DNA of 64,000 bases from an uncultured bacterium (GTDB lineage Bacteria; Fidelibacterota; Marinisomatia; SCGC-AAA003-L08; JACNLC01): assembly GCA_964527215.1 (NCBI GenBank), contig CAZGNZ010000017.1, forward strand, positions 1,610-65,609. Direction: 5' to 3'. The translations under genes were made by a program, and so were the position numbers. Positions 57,790 to 64,000 of this stretch are shown one piece after another (position 1 is the first letter of the stretch; the number at the start of each line of letters is the position of its first letter). Under the pieces are notes generated by a model that saw nothing but the letters and a program-made list of their open reading frames with translations, did not search any database and was not told where the DNA came from.

Positions 57790-58328
57790 TGAATGATCCT
57801 GTCAGCACGAAAAAGACTGCCCGTGCTCTTCTGAAGGCATCTCAGAAATCCGGATCCCTCCAAAACACTCAGCAGGGACTGAGTCTTGCTGCTGAGACCT
57901 TTCGCACCAATTCACTGCTGCGTCAGACGCTGCTGACCAAACGTCTGACCACTGCACAGAAACTAAAAATCGTGGAAACCGTTTTTACCGGTCTCGTCGA
58001 TCCGCTGGTAATTGAACTGCTGGTGCTGCTGGTAAAAGAAAGCACCATTCCTTCTGTTGCCGGTGTGGAAAAGGAATTTAACCGTCTGGTAGAAACAGAA
58101 TCCGATCTGCTCAGGGTCACGGTATATTCCGCGGACCCCCTGCCTGAAAATGAGCGCATAAAAATTTCAGAAACACTGCAGACACGTCTGGGGAAAACCA
58201 TCAAAACACATGAAGTAGTAGAACCCGAACTCCTTGGCGGAATTAAGTTGCGGATCGGCAACGCCATCATCGACGGCACCATTTCACGCCGTCTGGAACG
58301 AATGAAGGATGCAATGATCCGGTCGTAA
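57786..58328 (+). CDS. atpH: F1 ATP synthase subunit delta (OSCP)
   Basis: It is 180 aa, sits in the expected position, and has a C-terminal GG(I/V)K(L/V)RIG motif (LGGIKLRIGNAIIDGT). Confidence 0.85.
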   Translation: MMNDPVSTKKTARALLKASQKSGSLQNTQQGLSLAAETFRTNSLLRQTLLTKRLTTAQKLKIVETVFTGLVDPLVIELLVLLVKESTIPSVAGVEKEFNRLVETESDLLRVTVYSADPLPENERIKISETLQTRLGKTIKTHEVVEPELLGGIKLRIGNAIIDGTISRRLERMKDAMIRS

Positions 58329-58370
58329 TCAGAAGTATTGCAGCCCGGTCAAAGGTTAACAGAGGAATGA

Positions 58371-59897
58371 ATGGAAATTAAAACCGATCAGATAACGTCC
58401 TCGCTCTTAAAGCAGTTAGACGAATTTAAAGTTGATTTTGATATCGCCGAAGTTGGCGAGGTCATCATGGTGGGTGACGGTGTTGCCCGGGTCAGCGGAC
58501 TGGAAAACGTCATGTCCTCTGAACTGGTGGAACTGCCCAACAAGGTGTTTGGCATGGCTCTGAACCTGGAAGAGGACAATGTCGGGATTGTGCTTTTTGG
58601 TGAAAGCACTCTGGTGAAAGAGGGTGATCTTGTTCGCCGCACAGGCCGAATTGTAGAGGTTCCGGTGGGTAAGGACATGCTTGGCCGGGTTGTCAATCCT
58701 TTGGGGCAGGCGATTGACGGCAAAGGAGAAATTCCTCTTAATGAAACACTGCCCATTGAGCGCAAAGCATTGGGGGTTATGGCCAGGCAGCCGGTGAAGG
58801 AACCCCTTCAGACGGGGCTGAAAGCCATAGACAGCATGATCCCCATCGGCCGCGGTCAGCGTGAATTGATCATTGGTGACCGCCAGACTGGAAAAACAGC
58901 CATCGCCATTGACACCATTATTAATCAGAAGTACACTCACTCGACAGATACCCCCGTGTACTGCATATACGTGGCTATCGGACAGAAGGCCAGCACGGTT
59001 GCCCGTGTTGTTGCCGAGCTGGAAAATGAAGGAGCAATGGCATATACGACAGTGGTTTCAGCCAGCGCTTCGGAAGCAGCCCCCCTTCAGTATATTTCGC
59101 CCTATGCAGGATGCGCCATGGGTGAATACTTCCGCGATAACGGCATGCATGCCCTGATTATTTACGACGATCTGACCAAACAGGCAGCGGCCTATCGTCA
59201 GATGTCACTGCTGCTGCGGAGACCTCCGGGACGAGAAGCCTATCCCGGGGATGTTTTCTACCTGCACTCCCGCCTGCTGGAAAGGGCCAGTAAGCTGAGT
59301 GACAATCTGAAAGGCGGTTCCCTGACCGCCCTGCCCATTATTGAAACTCAGGAAGGGGACGTATCCGCTTATATCCCAACCAATGTGATTTCCATTACGG
59401 ACGGCCAGATTTATCTGGAAACCAATTTGTTCAACGCCGGTCAGCGGCCGGCAGTGGATGTGGGTATCTCGGTCTCGCGTGTCGGCGGAAATGCTCAGAT
59501 CAAGGCTATGAAAAAAGTTGCCGGGATGCTGCGTCTGGATTTGGCTCAGTACCGGGAATTGGCGGCATTTGCGAAATTTGGGCAGGATCTTGACAAATCC
59601 ACCCGTCAGCAGCTAACCCGCGGTGAACGTATGGTGGAAGTGCTCAAGCAGAATCAGTTTGTGCCTATGCCAATTGAAAAGCAGGTTGCTATAATCACTG
59701 CAGCCAATGACGGGTATCTGGATGACATCGCGGTTGACCGTGTTCGGGATTTTGAGGATGGCTTCCTCAGTCACATGGAGCAGAATTACCGCAGTCTGCT
59801 GGATCAGATTTTCGAAAAAGGCAGCCTGGATGAAAAAATGAGCAGCACATTGAAACAGGCTATCGAAGAATTTAAAAACGGATTCACCGCAGCTTGA
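58371..59897 (+). CDS. atpA: F1 ATP synthase subunit alpha
   Basis: It has Walker A GDRQTGKT and totals 508 aa. Confidence 0.95.
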   Translation: MEIKTDQITSSLLKQLDEFKVDFDIAEVGEVIMVGDGVARVSGLENVMSSELVELPNKVFGMALNLEEDNVGIVLFGESTLVKEGDLVRRTGRIVEVPVGKDMLGRVVNPLGQAIDGKGEIPLNETLPIERKALGVMARQPVKEPLQTGLKAIDSMIPIGRGQRELIIGDRQTGKTAIAIDTIINQKYTHSTDTPVYCIYVAIGQKASTVARVVAELENEGAMAYTTVVSASASEAAPLQYISPYAGCAMGEYFRDNGMHALIIYDDLTKQAAAYRQMSLLLRRPPGREAYPGDVFYLHSRLLERASKLSDNLKGGSLTALPIIETQEGDVSAYIPTNVISITDGQIYLETNLFNAGQRPAVDVGISVSRVGGNAQIKAMKKVAGMLRLDLAQYRELAAFAKFGQDLDKSTRQQLTRGERMVEVLKQNQFVPMPIEKQVAIITAANDGYLDDIAVDRVRDFEDGFLSHMEQNYRSLLDQIFEKGSLDEKMSSTLKQAIEEFKNGFTAA

Positions 59898-59898
59898 C

Positions 59899-60753
59899 AT
59901 GGCCAATTTAAAAGACATTCGAGAACGGATTAAATCTGTTCAATCCATTCAGCAGGTGACCAAAGCCATGAAAATGGTGGCCGCTGCAAAAATGCGGCGT
60001 AGTCAGGAAAGAATGGAACAGGCACGGCCGTATGCCCGACAGCTGCAGGAAGCCATACAGAATCTGCTGGTTGATGTGGATCGGGCCAGCCTGAATTTAC
60101 TGGAAAAACGTCCTGTCAGCCGAATCGCTCTGGTGGTTCTTACATCCGACCGCGGACTGGCGGCATCGTTCAACACCAGTATTATCAAGAAGGCTGAAGC
60201 CCAGATCGAGGCCACAGGCAGAGACAATACAGACTTATTCTGCATTGGCCGAAAAGCACGGGATTATTTCAAGCGCCGGGATTATCATATTATTGAAAGC
60301 CATGTGGAATTCTGGAATGATCTGGAATTCAGTCACGCCGTCAAGTTTGGGAACGGCATCATCAGCCATTTCCTGAACGGCAGCGTGGATGAAATCCGGG
60401 TGATTTACAATGAATTCAAGAATGTTGCCGTTCAAATTATTCGGGAAGAAACACTGCTGCCTCTGGAATTTGATCCGGAAAAAACCGCCATGCAGGGACG
60501 CATCTATGAACCATCAAAGCAGGAACTGGTTCAATCTCTCATTCCGCGCCATCTGAATATACAGGTGTGGAAATATCTTCTTGAATCATATGCCAGTGAA
60601 CAGGCGGCCCGAATGCTGGCCATGGACAATGCCACGGAAAATGCCGGTGATATGATCCGGTCCCTCAGGCTGGAGTTCAACAAAGCCAGACAGGCTGCCA
60701 TAACCACCGAAATGCTGGAGATTGTCAGCGGGGCAGAGGCGTTAACCGGTTAA
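59899..60753 (+). CDS. atpG: F1 ATP synthase subunit gamma
   Basis: It starts MANLKDIRERIKSVQSIQQVTKAMKMVAAAK and ends ...ITTEMLEIVSGAEAL. Confidence 0.95.
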   Translation: MANLKDIRERIKSVQSIQQVTKAMKMVAAAKMRRSQERMEQARPYARQLQEAIQNLLVDVDRASLNLLEKRPVSRIALVVLTSDRGLAASFNTSIIKKAEAQIEATGRDNTDLFCIGRKARDYFKRRDYHIIESHVEFWNDLEFSHAVKFGNGIISHFLNGSVDEIRVIYNEFKNVAVQIIREETLLPLEFDPEKTAMQGRIYEPSKQELVQSLIPRHLNIQVWKYLLESYASEQAARMLAMDNATENAGDMIRSLRLEFNKARQAAITTEMLEIVSGAEALTG

Positions 60754-60864
60754 GGGGTAAGCTCTGAAAATCAAAGGTGACACGCGTGTCCGTTCATCTC
60801 GGACGGAATAAGAATCAAACCGAATCAGAAATTGCCTTCGGGCAATAAAAGATAAGGAATCTGA

Positions 60865-62262
<1,398 letters not shown>

Positions 62263-62265
62263 ACT

Positions 62266-62673
62266 GTGAGCAAGACATTTCGCCTGGAAATTGTCAGTCC
62301 CATTAAACACTATGAGATGGATGACGTGGAATACCTTAGAGCACCGGGGACAGACGGGCTTTTTGGGGTTCAGGCTGGTCATGCACCCTCCCTCATCGCC
62401 CTGAATATCGGGGAAATTAAAATTACAAGAAGCTCTGAAACAACGTACTGGTCCACCAGCGGCGGTTTTGTCGAAATTGGATCAGACATGGTAAAGCTGC
62501 TTGTGGAAACTGTTGAATCTGCTGGAGATATTGACGTCCGTCGGGCTGAAGCATCCCTGGAAAGAGCCCGAACCCGGCTCAATAATCAATCCATGGATGA
62601 GGCCCGCACAAGAATGTCGCTCTTGAGGGCTCTGAACCGATTGAGCATATCGAAAAACAGATTCAGTCATTAA
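62266..62673 (+). CDS. atpC: F1 ATP synthase subunit epsilon
   Basis: It is 135 aa with a beta-sandwich and a two-helix C-terminus, and is the last gene of the operon. Confidence 0.9.
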   Translation: MSKTFRLEIVSPIKHYEMDDVEYLRAPGTDGLFGVQAGHAPSLIALNIGEIKITRSSETTYWSTSGGFVEIGSDMVKLLVETVESAGDIDVRRAEASLERARTRLNNQSMDEARTRMSLLRALNRLSISKNRFSH

Positions 62674-62743
62674 TTAAAAATGCATCTGCAAGTTAAATGC
62701 GGATGATTCGTAAAACATCTTAGACTCGGATAAGGAGCTAGAA

Positions 62744-63412
62744 ATGAAAAAGGTTTTGTATTTTGGACTGGCTGCACTGATGGCTGTTAGCTGTACAAAA
62801 AAACCAACTGTATCCCCGGAACCGGAACCAGCTGAAACAGAAGAAACTGAAGTCGTCGTGGTGTCGGAAGAATCCAATACCGGTGTTACCACGGATGCCA
62901 TGCTGGTTGAAGGAGAGCTGGACAATGAGGCTGTTGAGCAGGTGGCGGCTGTTATCGAAACAACCGAGCCCGGTTCCCAGGTAGCCATCAATCCAAAATA
63001 TGATTATGATCAAATCCTTACAGACAGCGTCTGGGTGGATTACATGATTAAACCGGGTGACTACCTGTCACTCATTGCCTATAACGAATACGGCAACGCC
63101 AACGAATGGCGCCGTATTTATCGCTGGAACCGGGAAATGATCGGTGACGACCCTGACAAGATATATCCCTATAATGAACTGGACTTGAAAAAACCGCAGG
63201 GGAGCGCAGTCGAATTCAGTTACGAACACTATCTGCACACTGTACAGAGCGGTGAAACCCTCTGGATTATTGCCAACAAGGAGTATGGAGATTCATATGC
63301 CTGGGTGGTTTTATTCTGGGACAATGAAAAACTGATTAACGACAATGACGGCAATTTGTATCCAGGGATGAAGCTGAAGGTGCGTACTTCACTCTGGCCC
63401 GGCAAAGAGTAA
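62744..63412 (+). CDS. Lipoprotein with two LysM-like domains
   Basis: It has a lipobox (LMAVSC), an acidic linker, and two LysM-like units (YMIKPGDYLSLIA... and HTVQSGETLWIIA...). Confidence 0.75.
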   Translation: MKKVLYFGLAALMAVSCTKKPTVSPEPEPAETEETEVVVVSEESNTGVTTDAMLVEGELDNEAVEQVAAVIETTEPGSQVAINPKYDYDQILTDSVWVDYMIKPGDYLSLIAYNEYGNANEWRRIYRWNREMIGDDPDKIYPYNELDLKKPQGSAVEFSYEHYLHTVQSGETLWIIANKEYGDSYAWVVLFWDNEKLINDNDGNLYPGMKLKVRTSLWPGKE

Positions 63413-63428
63413 GTCGGCTGATTATTCA

Positions 63429-63453
63429 GGGGGTGAGGGTATCACCCCCTTTT
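63429..63453 (+). terminator. Intrinsic terminator after the LysM gene
   Basis: The stem is GGGGGTGA-GGGTA-TCACCCCC, followed by TTTT. It overlaps the stop of the convergent nuclease gene. Confidence 0.75.
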
Positions 63454-63808
63454 AATACTCTCTGTATTCCGCAAAGCCTTCAGATACCATCAAATCATTG
63501 ATGTTGATCCACTCGCTTTCCCGCATAAGCCAGAGTTCACCCAGATAACGTCCGTACTTTCCCCGCTTGTCTTTCTCAGTTTCCAGAATGATTTCATTTC
63601 CCAGAATCAGCGATCTCAGATAATCTCTGGAAGCCAGCCCGGCAGACCTGTCAATTCCGCGAATTTCCGGTGCATCTATTCGGGCCAGACGCACTTTTTC
63701 ACCTTTTATGTGGGTTTTGAAACCCAAATCAATGTCAACGGTACAGGTATCTCCGTCATAAACGGAAATGACCCGGCCGCGATATAAGTATAATCTGGAC
63801 TGATCCAT
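63452..63808 (-). CDS. Thermonuclease (SNase-like) family protein
   Basis: It has VRLARIDAPE and a GKYGRYLG motif pattern of staphylococcal-nuclease homologues, over 118 aa. Confidence 0.75.
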   Translation of the reverse strand: MDQSRLYLYRGRVISVYDGDTCTVDIDLGFKTHIKGEKVRLARIDAPEIRGIDRSAGLASRDYLRSLILGNEIILETEKDKRGKYGRYLGELWLMRESEWININDLMVSEGFAEYREY

Positions 63809-63812
63809 ACTG

Positions 63813-64000
63813 TTATTTCCTTACAAATACCTGAAAAGCATGGGGAACCACATTTACAGTTAATGGTGTTGAACCGAAAATCTCACCATCGATATTCAGT
63901 GATTCTGATTTCTCAGGTATCAGCTCAAATGACTGAACCTGATGATATTCCACCAGCTCTGAATGAATGTGTTCACCGGTAAATATCTTTGGGAAAACCT
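63813..64000 (-). CDS. Lipid kinase of the diacylglycerol-kinase catalytic family (YegS/BmrU-like), C-terminal end only
   Basis: The ORF is open to the window edge. My minus-strand translation is ...SLNIDGEIFGSTPLTVNVVPHAFQVFVRK*, the typical C-terminus of this family. It is absent from the ORF track because no start lies in the window. Confidence 0.6.
   Translation of the reverse strand, partial: VFPKIFTGEHIHSELVEYHQVQSFELIPEKSESLNIDGEIFGSTPLTVNVVPHAFQVFVRK

Overview
This 64-kb window looks like bacterial chromosomal DNA. Its gene content suggests the FCB group (Bacteroidota, Calditrichota or Marinimicrobia-like): a DUF2723 glycosyltransferase, a Y_Y_Y/beta-propeller sensor kinase, an archaeal-type ProRS and an atpZ-led ATP synthase operon. 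That taxon call is inference only. Most of the window is ordinary housekeeping: recG (3' part), holB, recO, proS, secDF, purA, a split class II ribonucleotide reductase, parAB, and a complete F1Fo operon (atpZ, atpI-like, atpBEFHAGDC). There are also transporters (DASS, CaCA, ClC), a rhomboid, an M23/bactofilin pair and a secreted Zn-metalloprotease. Three things stand out. (1) A 1.45-kb intergenic mosaic tandem array at about 9.6-11.05 kb is built from two base-for-base identical, hairpin-dense unit types (X = 156 nt, Y = 268 nt, order X-Y-X-X-Y-X-Y). It carries 61-62-nt inverted arms and I cannot assign it to any known RNA, CRISPR or IS class. This is my best candidate for something undescribed. 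(2) Directly next to the array lies a 14-kb block of four paralogous giant sensor histidine kinases sharing one H-box, plus an orphan 103-aa DHp-only protein. A REC-PAS-GAF-GGDEF cyclase 15 kb away has a receiver about 61% identical to the receiver of one of these kinases. (3) A MITE-like family (about 140-175 bp, 17-bp terminal inverted repeats, 4-bp flanking duplications) has at least four copies in the window, and a second short repeat family and an AATCCG-hairpin cluster occupy the long intergenic regions. I saw no rRNA, tRNA, CRISPR array, cas gene, transposase or phage gene. All calls come from reading the sequence and the ORF translations; no database search was run.
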